Source of the DNA: Candidatus Limnocylindrus sp.
Lineage (GTDB): Bacteria; Chloroflexota; Limnocylindria; Limnocylindrales; Limnocylindraceae
DNA: 64,000 nucleotides
Direction: 5' to 3' (one strand)
Assembly (NCBI GenBank): GCA_040397215.1
Contig: JBBAWK010000001.1
The position numbers and the translations under genes are program-made. This document shows positions 28,734-37,984 of the stretch, piece by piece. Position 1 is the first letter of the stretch; every line of letters starts with the position of its first letter. The notes under the pieces are model-generated. The model saw nothing but the letters and a program-made list of their open reading frames with translations. It was not told the DNA's origin and did no database searches.

Positions 28734-29747
28734 TTACGCGCCCGGAACGGGAGCTGCACGTTCGAGGAACTCGGGGATGCGTGTGAGATCAACGTTTCCG
28801 CCACTCAGAATCACAACAACCCGGTCGCCAGGGATCACGGGGATGCGGCCAAAGAGGAGTGCGGCAAGTGCGGCGGCGCCGGCAGGCTCAATGACCTGCT
28901 TGAGCCGCTCCATGGCGAATTTAAGGCCGCCGAGAATCTCTTCGTCGGGGAGGGTAATCAGAGCGTCGAGATGTGACGACGCGATTGGAAGGGTCCAGGA
29001 TCCCGCATAAGGTGCGCCGAGTCCGTCAGCGATGGTGTCGGGGGTTACTGGAACTATTCCGCCTGAATCCACGGCTTGCTTCACCGCAGACGAGCCGTCG
29101 GGCTCAACGCCGTAGAGGCGAATCTCGGGCTTGAGTGCGCGAAGCGCAACGGATGCGCCGCAGAGCATGCCGCCGCCACCAAGTCCGCCAATGACCACAT
29201 CAACTTCGGGAATCTGCTCAAGGATCTCAATGCCCATGCTGCCGTGGCCGGCAATCACAAACGGATCATCAAACGGGTGAGCATCGATGAGACCGCGCTC
29301 TGCGACAAGCTTGCTCTTGAGCTCGCCAGCGGTGCCCATGTTGCCCTCAACAAGGTGCACCGTTGCACCGTACGCTTTGCAGGCGGCAATCTTTGCGGGC
29401 ACAGCCTTCGCCGGCATGACCACCTCGACAGGGATGCCGTAGGCGCGGCCCGCCCAGGCATATGCGGCGGCGGCGTTGCCCGCACTAAATGTGATGATCC
29501 CGCGGCGCTTCACCTCGTCGATGCCGAAGAACTCAACAAGTCGTGCGACGCGATTCAACATGCCGCGAACCTTGTACGAGCCGCTGCGCTGCAGATGCTC
29601 GGACTTAAATCGCACGCGTCCGTCGCCAAGGAGCGGACCCCCACTGCGGCGAATTGCGTCAGCGGCACCGACCGAGGAGAGGATTGGCGTGATGTGCAGT
29701 TTCCCCGCGGTGCGCTGGACCGCATCTTTCACCGCCTTCAGATCCAT
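28734..29747 (-). CDS. PLP-dependent threonine dehydratase / serine-threonine ammonia-lyase family enzyme
   Basis: Fold-type II PLP enzyme: SGSYKVRG with the lysine, ITFSAGNAAAAYAWAG, GHGSMGIEI. Start set to the internal ATG MDLKAVKDA (29747); the ORF extends to 29879 with an atypical 44-aa leader. Confidence 0.7.
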   Translation of the reverse strand: MDLKAVKDAVQRTAGKLHITPILSSVGAADAIRRSGGPLLGDGRVRFKSEHLQRSGSYKVRGMLNRVARLVEFFGIDEVKRRGIITFSAGNAAAAYAWAGRAYGIPVEVVMPAKAVPAKIAACKAYGATVHLVEGNMGTAGELKSKLVAERGLIDAHPFDDPFVIAGHGSMGIEILEQIPEVDVVIGGLGGGGMLCGASVALRALKPEIRLYGVEPDGSSAVKQAVDSGGIVPVTPDTIADGLGAPYAGSWTLPIASSHLDALITLPDEEILGGLKFAMERLKQVIEPAGAAALAALLFGRIPVIPGDRVVVILSGGNVDLTRIPEFLERAAPVPGA

Positions 29748-29871
29748 GCTGAACGGCTCGCCCGTCAGGGGGTCGGTGGTCGGCAGCGGCGGATAGGCGG
29801 GGCGCTGTTCGCGAGCGGATAGGTCGGGCATGTGAGAACGGTAATACATGCGCGGGGGGAGCAGGTAGCCT

Positions 29872-30306
29872 GTGCGCATGCTGGAAATTCGACCTGCGAC
29901 CTTCGAGGAGATCCTGAACCTGCGCCACGAAGTGCTGCGCGCGGGGAGGCCGCTGGAGAGTGCCCACTACCCGGGTGATGAGGCTGGCGCTGGCGCGCAC
30001 TGGGGCGCCTGGAGCGGCGGCGAACTCGCCTCCTGCGTCTCGCTCTATGCCGTAGAGGGGCCAAGCACTCAGCTGCGAGGGGCGGCGACCGCCCCCCACT
30101 GGCGCAGCCAAGGGATTGGCGAGGCGCTGATGCGCGCCGCCATCGCCGCCTGGTGGGCCGACGAGAGCGCCCCGCGCGACCTCTGGTGCAACGCACGGGT
30201 GGCCGCTATCACCCTCTATCAGCGCCTCGGCTTTGTCGCCGAGGGGGAACGCTTTGAGTTTCCCGAGGTCGGCCCACACCAGCGCATGCGCTGGGTTGCC
30301 CGATGA
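29872..30306 (+). CDS. GNAT-family N-acetyltransferase
   Basis: 144 aa: acetyl-CoA motif RSQGIGEALM. GTG start at 29872; an ATG at 29878 is also possible. Confidence 0.7.
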   Translation: MRMLEIRPATFEEILNLRHEVLRAGRPLESAHYPGDEAGAGAHWGAWSGGELASCVSLYAVEGPSTQLRGAATAPHWRSQGIGEALMRAAIAAWWADESAPRDLWCNARVAAITLYQRLGFVAEGERFEFPEVGPHQRMRWVAR

Positions 30307-31244
30307 TCGGCGCACTCTTCGGCGTGATCGCCGCCTTCTCCTGGGGTGGTGGCGACTTCCTGGGCGGGCTCGCTAGCCGTCGTCTTCCAACATTCCTCGT
30401 TGTCGCCGCAAGTCAGACGGCGACGCTTGCGCTCCTTATCCCCGCGGCACTCATCACAGGGGGCGTTCCGCCGACTGGCTCTGCTCTGCTCACCACGGCG
30501 ATCGCCGGCATCGTTGGTGGCACTGGTGTGCTCTTGCTCTATCACGGGTTTGCACACGGGCGTATCTCCATTGTTGCCAGCATCGCCGGCACACTCTCTG
30601 CACTGATTCCCGTTGGGGTCAGCATCCTGCAGGGTGAGATTCCATCACTGCTTCGACTCTTTGGATTCTTGGCGGCCATTGTTGCGATCATCATCGTCTC
30701 GACGAGCTCTGTTGAGCATGCGGTTGCTGGCGAGGCGGGGGCACACGCCGATGCATCGAGTGGCGCGGCGGCTCGCGGTGGTGCGATCTACGGCATCACC
30801 GCCGGTATCTGCTTTGCAGGATTCAGCCTGATCTTCGCCGGTGTTGAATCCGACGCAACCGTGTGGCTCATCACCATCCTTCGAATTGCCAGTGTCTCCG
30901 CGTTGGCACTGGTCTTCGTTGTGGCTCGCCTGGTTGGCCGTCGGCCACCTGGCGATGAGCCGATTCGCGATGGCGCGGTTCCTGTAGGGCTACTGCCACG
31001 ACTGCGCCTGCTGCTGCTCCTTACCGTGGCAGGCACATGCGAAACCGCGGGGAACCTCTTCTTCTTCCTCTCGAAAGAGGAGAGCGGCGTGGCCGTAGCG
31101 GCGGTCTTCACATCGATTGCGCCGATCACCACCGTGATCTTTGCCGCCCTACTACTGGGCGAACGGGTGACCGCTCGCCAAGGATTAGGAATTGGATTGG
31201 CGGGCATCGCAACCGCTGCGATCGCCCTGGGCAGAGTGTCGTAG
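30303..31244 (+). CDS. EamA/DMT-family transporter
   Basis: 313 aa, ten TM helices, two EamA repeats. Overlaps the GNAT gene by 4 nt. Confidence 0.8.
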   Translation: MIGALFGVIAAFSWGGGDFLGGLASRRLPTFLVVAASQTATLALLIPAALITGGVPPTGSALLTTAIAGIVGGTGVLLLYHGFAHGRISIVASIAGTLSALIPVGVSILQGEIPSLLRLFGFLAAIVAIIIVSTSSVEHAVAGEAGAHADASSGAAARGGAIYGITAGICFAGFSLIFAGVESDATVWLITILRIASVSALALVFVVARLVGRRPPGDEPIRDGAVPVGLLPRLRLLLLLTVAGTCETAGNLFFFLSKEESGVAVAAVFTSIAPITTVIFAALLLGERVTARQGLGIGLAGIATAAIALGRVS

Positions 31245-31279
31245 ACGAACTGTTACAGACCCGCTACTATCGCTCTCCC

Positions 31280-31603
31280 ATGACTGATGTACCACTTGTA
31301 GAGCCGACGCCCATCGCGATCGATCGCGCCAGTGGCGCGTTGCGACTTGCTGAGCGAACCATCACCCTCACTGGCACCGAGCTACGACTCCTCTCGCTCT
31401 TGATTGAGCGACTCGGCGATGCGGTCTCACATCAAGAGATTCGAGATTACGTGTGGGGCGAGAACTGGGCCGGTGGCGATGAGGCACTCCGCGTTGCCGT
31501 GAATCGCATCCGCAAGAAGTTTGAAGAAAACCAACGTCGCCCACAGATCTTGGTGAGCGTTCGCGGCATCGGCTACCGCCTGATTGGCACGCGCCAGGCG
31601 TAA
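31280..31603 (+). CDS. Stand-alone OmpR/PhoB-type winged-helix DNA-binding domain protein (no receiver domain)
   Basis: Internal ATG at 31280 gives 107 aa: LTGTELRLLSLLIERLGDAVSHQEIRDYVWG...VAVNRIRKKF...ILVSVRGIGYRL is a classic trans_reg_C domain. Confidence 0.6.
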   Translation: MTDVPLVEPTPIAIDRASGALRLAERTITLTGTELRLLSLLIERLGDAVSHQEIRDYVWGENWAGGDEALRVAVNRIRKKFEENQRRPQILVSVRGIGYRLIGTRQA

Positions 31604-31616
31604 CGCTCCGCTACCG

Positions 31617-32030
31617 CTACGCGAAGAGCGGTTTCAGGAACTGGCTCTCGATGACGAGAGCGATGTATGCCACGGGAAAACTCGCGAAGAGACCGAGCAC
31701 TGCTGACCACCCAGACCGCTCAGTACCGTTGCCGTCTGCGCGCGGTTGTGGAACGATCAGGTAGGTGATGAGGCTGCCAAGAATCACCGTGCCAAGCACC
31801 AAGAGTGCCGCCGCTTCGGTGCGCAGGTCTCGTCCGCCGATGACGCCGCTCAAGTCAGCGCTGCTGCGCAGCGCGCGCTCCACCTGTAGGTCGTAGAGGA
31901 GGTACGCGAGCGTCAGGACTGCAGCGATAGAGACGTTCGAGAAGACGGCGCGAAAGACTGGCTTCGGCGCATGGAGCAGCTGGTAGATGCGACGGCCAAT
32001 GAAGCCGCGTGGTTGGCGTGCCTTAGCCAT
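31617..32030 (-). CDS. Hypothetical membrane protein
   Basis: 137 aa with three predicted TM helices. No family recognised. Confidence 0.4.
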   Translation of the reverse strand: MAKARQPRGFIGRRIYQLLHAPKPVFRAVFSNVSIAAVLTLAYLLYDLQVERALRSSADLSGVIGGRDLRTEAAALLVLGTVILGSLITYLIVPQPRADGNGTERSGWSAVLGLFASFPVAYIALVIESQFLKPLFA

Positions 32031-33291
32031 GCAAGATTTCTATGGTTGGCCGCTTCGGCAACGTCTCCGGGGTGTGGGCGGCGAAGAGGGCGATCAGCTC
32101 GGCGATGCGCGCCACCTCGGCCTCGGTGTTCCAGAAGCCCCACGAGGTGCGAAGTGCGGCGGCAGAGCCTGGGCGGCCGTCGATGGCTGGGAGGCTCGGC
32201 ACGCGGCGCGTGATAGCGAAGGCGCGTCGGGTGAGCTCCTCCACGAGCTGTTCGGGCTTCCAGCCAGCCACGCGGAGGGAGACGATCGTGGCGTGCCCGC
32301 CAGCCGGGGCGAGCATCTGTACCCCTGGCAGGTCGCGCACGGCGGCATGGAACTCGGCGGCGAGGCGCTGGGCACGATCGGTGGCCCACGGCAGGCCAAC
32401 CTGCATTGAGAGCCAGCCCGCCGCTCGGGCAGCCCCCGCTAGTGATGGACGGCTGAACCCTGAGACCTGGTAGCGGCGCGCATCGGAGCGGAGGGTCCCC
32501 ACCCCATTCAGTGGCTGCCCGTCAAACGCCATATAGCCCCCGATGACAGGTCGGAAGGTTTCAGCGGCAAGTGCCTGAGGTGAGAGGCGAACCCCAGCGA
32601 GCCCCTCGACGCCGAGGAGCCACTTCTGCGAGGGGAAGGCGAGCAGGTCGGGGTTCAGCGCGTCGACATCATCACGCAGGGCGCCAACCCCTTGAGCACT
32701 GTCGAGCACGGTGGTGATGCCCGCGGCACGTGCTGCTGCGAGCAGTGGCGCCACTGGCAGCACTCGGCCGCTGATCCATGAGACGCGCGAGAGCAAGAGC
32801 AGCTTCGTCGGCGCGTTTAGTAGTGGAAGGACGCTCGCCACGATCTCATCGTCACTGAGCGGTTGGCTGTCGGCGTTGCAGAGTGAGAGCGTCTGAATCA
32901 GAACGCCGGTGCGCGATGCAAGTGCGGCGATGCTGCCGCGAATTGCCGGGTACTCTTCGTCGAACGTAATGATGCGGTCGCCGGCGCGCCACTCCATGCC
33001 GAGGATCGGTCGAAGTACCGACTCGGTGGTGCTGTGACCAATGGCGACAAGTTCCAGATCAGTGGCGAGCACGCCGGCGAAGACGCCGCGCAACTCGTTG
33101 GCGCGCTCCTCAACGTCATCCATGGCGTGTTCGGTGGCGCGCCCGGTCTGTAGCTCTTGGTCGTGCACTGCGCGCATCGCCGCGTCGACCTCCGCGGGCA
33201 CCGGTCCGTTGCTGCCAGCGTTGAGGTAGATGCTCGCCTCTGTCGAGGGCATCATCTTGCGCAGCTCGGCGACCTTCTCGTGCTCGCTCAT
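32023..33291 (-). CDS. Aminotransferase class V-fold PLP-dependent enzyme
   Basis: 422 aa; probable PLP-lysine motif PSQKWLLG. Specific function not resolved. Confidence 0.7.
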   Translation of the reverse strand: MSEHEKVAELRKMMPSTEASIYLNAGSNGPVPAEVDAAMRAVHDQELQTGRATEHAMDDVEERANELRGVFAGVLATDLELVAIGHSTTESVLRPILGMEWRAGDRIITFDEEYPAIRGSIAALASRTGVLIQTLSLCNADSQPLSDDEIVASVLPLLNAPTKLLLLSRVSWISGRVLPVAPLLAAARAAGITTVLDSAQGVGALRDDVDALNPDLLAFPSQKWLLGVEGLAGVRLSPQALAAETFRPVIGGYMAFDGQPLNGVGTLRSDARRYQVSGFSRPSLAGAARAAGWLSMQVGLPWATDRAQRLAAEFHAAVRDLPGVQMLAPAGGHATIVSLRVAGWKPEQLVEELTRRAFAITRRVPSLPAIDGRPGSAAALRTSWGFWNTEAEVARIAELIALFAAHTPETLPKRPTIEILHG

Positions 33292-35027
33292 TCCGTCTCC
33301 CCTGCCGATCCATTAGAGGCGCGGCAGCGCGCTTCGATCGCCGAGAGCGAGGCGATCTGATCGGGACCGAGGTCGGTGCGGAAGCGCACGATGCGTGGGC
33401 CGCGGAGGGTGTAGCCCGAACCGCTGCGATGACTGCGGCGCAGCTCATCGAATGAAACCTCTACAACGGTGCGCGGCTCAACGCTGCGATAGTTGCCGAG
33501 CTGCGCAACGGTGTGCTCTTCAAACCAGCGCCCCATCTCGCTCATCTCGTGTTCGCCGAACTGTGCCGAGGCGCGCCCAAGGGTTGTGAGCCGCCCCGAG
33601 AGATCGTCGCGCACGGCGAAGGTCAACTCCGACAAGAGCGTTCGGCGACGACCCACGCCGTACTCCACGCCAACCACCACGCAATCAACGCTATCAATCG
33701 GATTCGTCAACTTGAGCCATGCTGAGCCGCGCCGACCTGGGGCGTATGCGGCGGTGGTGGACTTCAGTACGACCCCTTCAGAGCCACGCATGCGCGCGGC
33801 AATGAACTCCGCCTCAATCTCTTCAATACCGCTAACCATTCGCTGTGGTGCAACATGAATCACACCGCCACATTGCTCCGTGACGCCAATCCTAGAGAGG
33901 GCGGCATATCGCTCGTGGAGTGGCGTGCCGATCAGGAGTTGATCGTTCTGGGCGATGAGGTCGAAGGCAATGAATTGCACGGCGGTGCGCTCACGCTCGT
34001 GCAGCGTGGTCTCTGCACCGCTCAGCCGTGATTGCACCGCACTCACTGGAAGAGGGTGTCCCCCTTCAAAGGCGATGATCTCGCCATCGAGTACCAGCGA
34101 CCCCGATAGTTGCGCGGCTGCGGCGGCGATCTCGGGGAGCGCCACTGTGATCTCGTTGGCGTCTCGCCCGTAGAGTGCGACCTGTCCATCGGCGATATGC
34201 AGTTGCGCGCGAATGCCGTCGTACTTGTCTTCCACGGCAATAGCGCCAGCCGCGATCTCGCTCAGTCGCTCCACCGCATCGGCGGCACTGGCGGCGGGAG
34301 CGGCGAGCATGGCTGGGATTGGATGAAAGTAGCGGAGCTTCGCCTCGGCGAGGGCGCCGCGCTTCGCCAGAAGCGCCACGCGGCCGGCGTCCCCCTCAAG
34401 GGTCATCGCCCAACGCACAGCGCTTACATCCGCACCGAAGGCTGCGGCGATCGCGCCTTCGAGGAGGCCGTCGCGCAGGCCAATCTGCACGTCACCAGAG
34501 AGCATGCGCACGATGTACTTCCCTGCGATTGGTGAGGTGCCGTAGAAGAGCTGCATCAGCAGATCGTGACGGCGCTGGCCACTGGCGCCACGAATTGCGG
34601 CGAAGGCAGCGGGGAGCGAGCGGAGGGTCGGTGCTGAGCTGGCTCCTGCCACGGGCAAGATCCCTGTGGCGCTGGCAATGGCGCTGCTGCGCACCTGCGC
34701 GTGGCGCTCCTCGCTGGCGGCAGCCTCACCGGCAATGGGACGCTCGCTCTCGAGGAGCTCCTCAACGGCAAGGCCAATATCACCGGTCTCGTCGAGGATC
34801 TTGGCGAGCGAACCGGCCGGTGCGACCACGACCTCCTCGACCGCCTTGGCGAGTGCCGACCATGAGACGGCGCCCGCTTGCGCGGTGCCCCGGCTCCCAA
34901 GGAGTCGGCAGATCACCTCAAGGTCAACCTCATCGGCGACACGGAGCGCCTCCGCAAAGAGGCGTGCCTTCTCCGAGGTGCGCGAGGCGCCCTCGATCTT
35001 GCGTGCCAACTGCATCCAACTAAGCAT
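33288..35027 (-). CDS. ATP-dependent DNA ligase
   Basis: 579 aa: adenylation motif I EDKYDGIRAQ, downstream nucleotidyltransferase and OB-fold regions. Confidence 0.85.
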   Translation of the reverse strand: MLSWMQLARKIEGASRTSEKARLFAEALRVADEVDLEVICRLLGSRGTAQAGAVSWSALAKAVEEVVVAPAGSLAKILDETGDIGLAVEELLESERPIAGEAAASEERHAQVRSSAIASATGILPVAGASSAPTLRSLPAAFAAIRGASGQRRHDLLMQLFYGTSPIAGKYIVRMLSGDVQIGLRDGLLEGAIAAAFGADVSAVRWAMTLEGDAGRVALLAKRGALAEAKLRYFHPIPAMLAAPAASAADAVERLSEIAAGAIAVEDKYDGIRAQLHIADGQVALYGRDANEITVALPEIAAAAAQLSGSLVLDGEIIAFEGGHPLPVSAVQSRLSGAETTLHERERTAVQFIAFDLIAQNDQLLIGTPLHERYAALSRIGVTEQCGGVIHVAPQRMVSGIEEIEAEFIAARMRGSEGVVLKSTTAAYAPGRRGSAWLKLTNPIDSVDCVVVGVEYGVGRRRTLLSELTFAVRDDLSGRLTTLGRASAQFGEHEMSEMGRWFEEHTVAQLGNYRSVEPRTVVEVSFDELRRSHRSGSGYTLRGPRIVRFRTDLGPDQIASLSAIEARCRASNGSAGETE

Positions 35028-35103
35028 CGAGGCGATCGTATACCGTGACCGCGTGATCGGATCGCAGCCCTACAGATCAATCGGCGGACATGAGGCAATC
35101 CTC

Positions 35104-35628
35104 GTGGGCGAGCACGTGGCGCTGCGCCCACACACCGCCGATACCCTCCCAGCGCTCAAGCGTTGGTACGCCGATCCAGAGCTAGTGCGCCTCGCCCGTC
35201 ACCGCAACGAGCCACTCACCGGAGATGAGGTGGAGCGCATGGTCCGCGACCGCTTCAGTACCGCCCAGATGCTCGCCTTCGCCCTCTATGAACGTGTCGG
35301 CGCTACCGAGCAGTTAATTGGCAGCTGCACACTGGCGAATCTCGATATTGAGAACGGGGCTGCAAGCTTCCACTTGATGATCGGCGAGCCTGCCGCCCGC
35401 GGACGCGGTCTTGGCAGCGAGGCGACGCGACTCGTTACCAAGTTCGCCTTTGAGGCCCTTGGTCTTCATCGCATCAGCCTCACCCTCTTCGCCTTCAACG
35501 AGGCGGCGCTGCGCTGCTACACCAAGGCGGGCTTCACCGAAGAGGGGCGCATGCGCGATGCGATCACGCGCGATGGACGGCGCTGGGACGAAATTCAGAT
35601 GGGACTCCTCGCAACCGACGCGTCATAG
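35104..35628 (+). CDS. GNAT-family N-acetyltransferase (RimJ/RimL-like)
   Basis: valRP-type N-terminus HVALRP, acetyl-CoA motif RGRGLGSEA. GTG at 35104 has GAGG 8 nt upstream; GTG at 35053 is an alternative. The rest of ORF 34666..35628 is antisense to the ligase. Confidence 0.6.
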   Translation: MGEHVALRPHTADTLPALKRWYADPELVRLARHRNEPLTGDEVERMVRDRFSTAQMLAFALYERVGATEQLIGSCTLANLDIENGAASFHLMIGEPAARGRGLGSEATRLVTKFAFEALGLHRISLTLFAFNEAALRCYTKAGFTEEGRMRDAITRDGRRWDEIQMGLLATDAS

Positions 35629-35637
35629 AGAGCGAAT

Positions 35638-36573
35638 CTAGGCGCGGAACGCCTTTCGGGTCATCTCAATGAATCGCTCGCGATCAACGCGATAGACCAC
35701 CCGGCAGTTCGGCTCGCGCTTCGTGTTGCCCAGGTGATCAACGATGGTTTGTCCGCGCTCATGTCCAAGGCCGAGCGACACCTCAACACGAAGGTGCGCT
35801 TCGCTGGTCGCGATGTCGGGCTCAAGCGCCACCGCCATGGCGATTGGATCTGGCCAGTCAAAGCCCTTCAGCTTTGATGACTCTTCGCAGAACTTTCGCA
35901 AGGCGCGCTGAATGTCGATGCTGTACTGGCCGAGCGGCCCGAGCGCGCGCAGCTCTGCAGCAAGATCATCCTCAATGACCGCGTCGGCCACAGAGACATC
36001 CCAGCCGACCATCTCCACCTTCATGCCGGACTCTAAGACGATGTGCACCGCCTCTGGGTCGACCCACCAGTTGAATTCGGCGAGCGGCGTGATGTTGCCA
36101 GGGAGCACGCCCGTGCCGCCCATGATCACGCAGCGCTTCACCCAGCTAGCGAACTTTGGTTCAATGCGAATGGCGATGGCAAGGTTGGTGAGCGGGCCGA
36201 GCGCGACGAGTTCTAGCTCGCCTGGCTCTTTGCGGAATGCGTCGATCATGGCGTGTACCGCGTCGTTACTTGTTGCTTTGCGGCCCTTCAGCGGTAGTCC
36301 GATGTCACCCATGCCGTCGGCGCCGTGCACATGCTGCGCAGTGGCAAACGCCCGCACGAGCGGCATCTCAGCACCGGCATGTAAGGGAATGCTCTTGCCG
36401 CACAGTTCAACGGTGTAGAGGGCGTTTTGCACGCCGAGCTCCACCGGAACATTGCCGATCACAACCGACATGCCAACGACTTCGGTGTTCGGATGCTTTA
36501 GTGCCATGACGATCGCCACGACGTCATCTGAGGCAGTATCGGTATCGATCCACATGCGGCGGGTTGGGCTCAT
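35638..36573 (-). CDS. Nucleoside hydrolase (IUNH family)
   Basis: N-terminal aspartate cluster WIDTDTASDDVVAI (DxDxxxDD). Start at internal ATG 36573, which avoids overlap with the upstream gene. Confidence 0.8.
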   Translation of the reverse strand: MSPTRRMWIDTDTASDDVVAIVMALKHPNTEVVGMSVVIGNVPVELGVQNALYTVELCGKSIPLHAGAEMPLVRAFATAQHVHGADGMGDIGLPLKGRKATSNDAVHAMIDAFRKEPGELELVALGPLTNLAIAIRIEPKFASWVKRCVIMGGTGVLPGNITPLAEFNWWVDPEAVHIVLESGMKVEMVGWDVSVADAVIEDDLAAELRALGPLGQYSIDIQRALRKFCEESSKLKGFDWPDPIAMAVALEPDIATSEAHLRVEVSLGLGHERGQTIVDHLGNTKREPNCRVVYRVDRERFIEMTRKAFRA

Positions 36574-36602
36574 GCGCGCATCGTATCTGCTGCTCGAACG
36601 GA

Positions 36603-37598
36603 TTAGTTGCGGCGTTCTGAAAGCGCGGCGGGGTCGGCCTGCCACGGTCGAATCCCCTCGGCGAGGAGCAGATTCTCGCGATCGAGATGTGCGGCGAGCA
36701 GGGTGAGGCGTGCCAGCGCATCAGGGGCTTCGAGGAGCGCTTGGCGCTGCTCAAGGCTCAGCTGCACAACACCGCCAACCACGTGCGAGAGGCCGACCGG
36801 ATCGTCGCTCCCTGAGAGTCGATCGATGGCCGTAGCAAGTAGTTCGCCATCAGGGTCACCCTCGTCGTCGGGAGACTCGTCATCGCCAGTGTTGTATTCG
36901 GTGATCTTGGTCGGCCCAACTGCAGTGTTTGACGCCACAAGGAGACGCTCGATCTCAGAGACCACCTCTTGGCTGAGTGCCGCACCCTGCTCCTCTTCGA
37001 GCGCCTCGGTAATCGCTTCGGGGGTTACCTCATCGTCCTCGATGAATTCGCCCTCCTCCTCTTGATCGTCGTCGTCATGGTCGTGATCGTGCTCCCCCTC
37101 ATCGACGCCGCGCAGCAGCTCAAGATAGTCAATGAACAAATCAGAGACGCGCTCCGCCGTGGCGCGCACGCGCTCAGCCGATTCGCCCACCGCCTCGTCG
37201 AGGAGCTCGATCTCGGCCTGTAGATATGGGGCACTGCGATCAAAGTTCGTAACGCGGAAGCGCTGCGTGCCGAGCCCCACGATGTCCCAGCGCCCATCGA
37301 TGTAGCGCGTCGCCTCGCGAATCTCGGCGAGGGTGCCGATCTCAGAGAGGCCGTCGTTTCCGGAGCGAATCACCCCGAATGGCTGGTTGAGTTCAAGGCA
37401 GCGCTTCACCATCAGGCGATAGCGCGGTTCAAAGATATGCAGCGGTAGGGCAACGCCAGGGAAGAGAACGAGTTGTAGCGGGAAGAGCGGGATCAGTTTC
37501 GGCGCGTCGCCGTTCTGCTCCAGGTCAGTGGCTGCAGGCCGAGGCCTGTCCCGCCGAATCCGCCGTGCGGAAGCTGGAGCCGCAGCCGCAGCCGCCAA
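36603..37598 (-). CDS. LON N-terminal substrate-binding domain protein with poly-acidic insertions
   Basis: LIPLFPLQLVLFPGVALPLHIFEPRYRLMV is a Lon-N domain. Acidic tracts EGEHDHDHDDDDQEEEGEFIEDDE and GDDESPDDEGDPDGE. Start uncertain (74-nt overlap with the iscA-like gene). Confidence 0.65.
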   Translation of the reverse strand: MAAAAAAPASARRIRRDRPRPAATDLEQNGDAPKLIPLFPLQLVLFPGVALPLHIFEPRYRLMVKRCLELNQPFGVIRSGNDGLSEIGTLAEIREATRYIDGRWDIVGLGTQRFRVTNFDRSAPYLQAEIELLDEAVGESAERVRATAERVSDLFIDYLELLRGVDEGEHDHDHDDDDQEEEGEFIEDDEVTPEAITEALEEEQGAALSQEVVSEIERLLVASNTAVGPTKITEYNTGDDESPDDEGDPDGELLATAIDRLSGSDDPVGLSHVVGGVVQLSLEQRQALLEAPDALARLTLLAAHLDRENLLLAEGIRPWQADPAALSERRN

Positions 37599-37935
37599 CA
37601 GAGTTCGGATTCTCCACGACGAAGCCGGCGCCCATCATCGCGTCAACGTAGTCAACAGTTGAGCCTTGAATTAGCGGCACGGCCTTCTCGTCAACGTAGA
37701 CGCGCACGCCGTTCGCCATGAAGACGCTGTCGCCTGGGTTCTCGACATCGTCGAGCATCATGCCGTAGCGATAGCCGCTGCAGCCGCCCGAAACGATATA
37801 GACGCGCAGGCCGATTAGTGGGTTCGTCTCGCCCTTAGCGAGCTCAACAACCTTGGCGGCGGCGGTGTCGGTGAGGGCGAGAACGGGTGCTCCGGCTGGC
37901 GCCTCGTTGGCGACCTGTGGCTCCTGGTTCAACAT
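37525..37935 (-). CDS. HesB/IscA-family iron-sulfur cluster insertion protein
   Basis: 136 aa: IVSGGCSGYRYGMMLD plus C-terminal NPNSVGGCGCGSSF cysteine motif. Confidence 0.85.
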   Translation of the reverse strand: MLNQEPQVANEAPAGAPVLALTDTAAAKVVELAKGETNPLIGLRVYIVSGGCSGYRYGMMLDDVENPGDSVFMANGVRVYVDEKAVPLIQGSTVDYVDAMMGAGFVVENPNSVGGCGCGSSFRTADSAGQASACSH

Positions 37936-37984
37936 CGCTCCTCCTTCGGCATCTGCCGCTGCTCTGATCCAGATTCTAGCGCGC

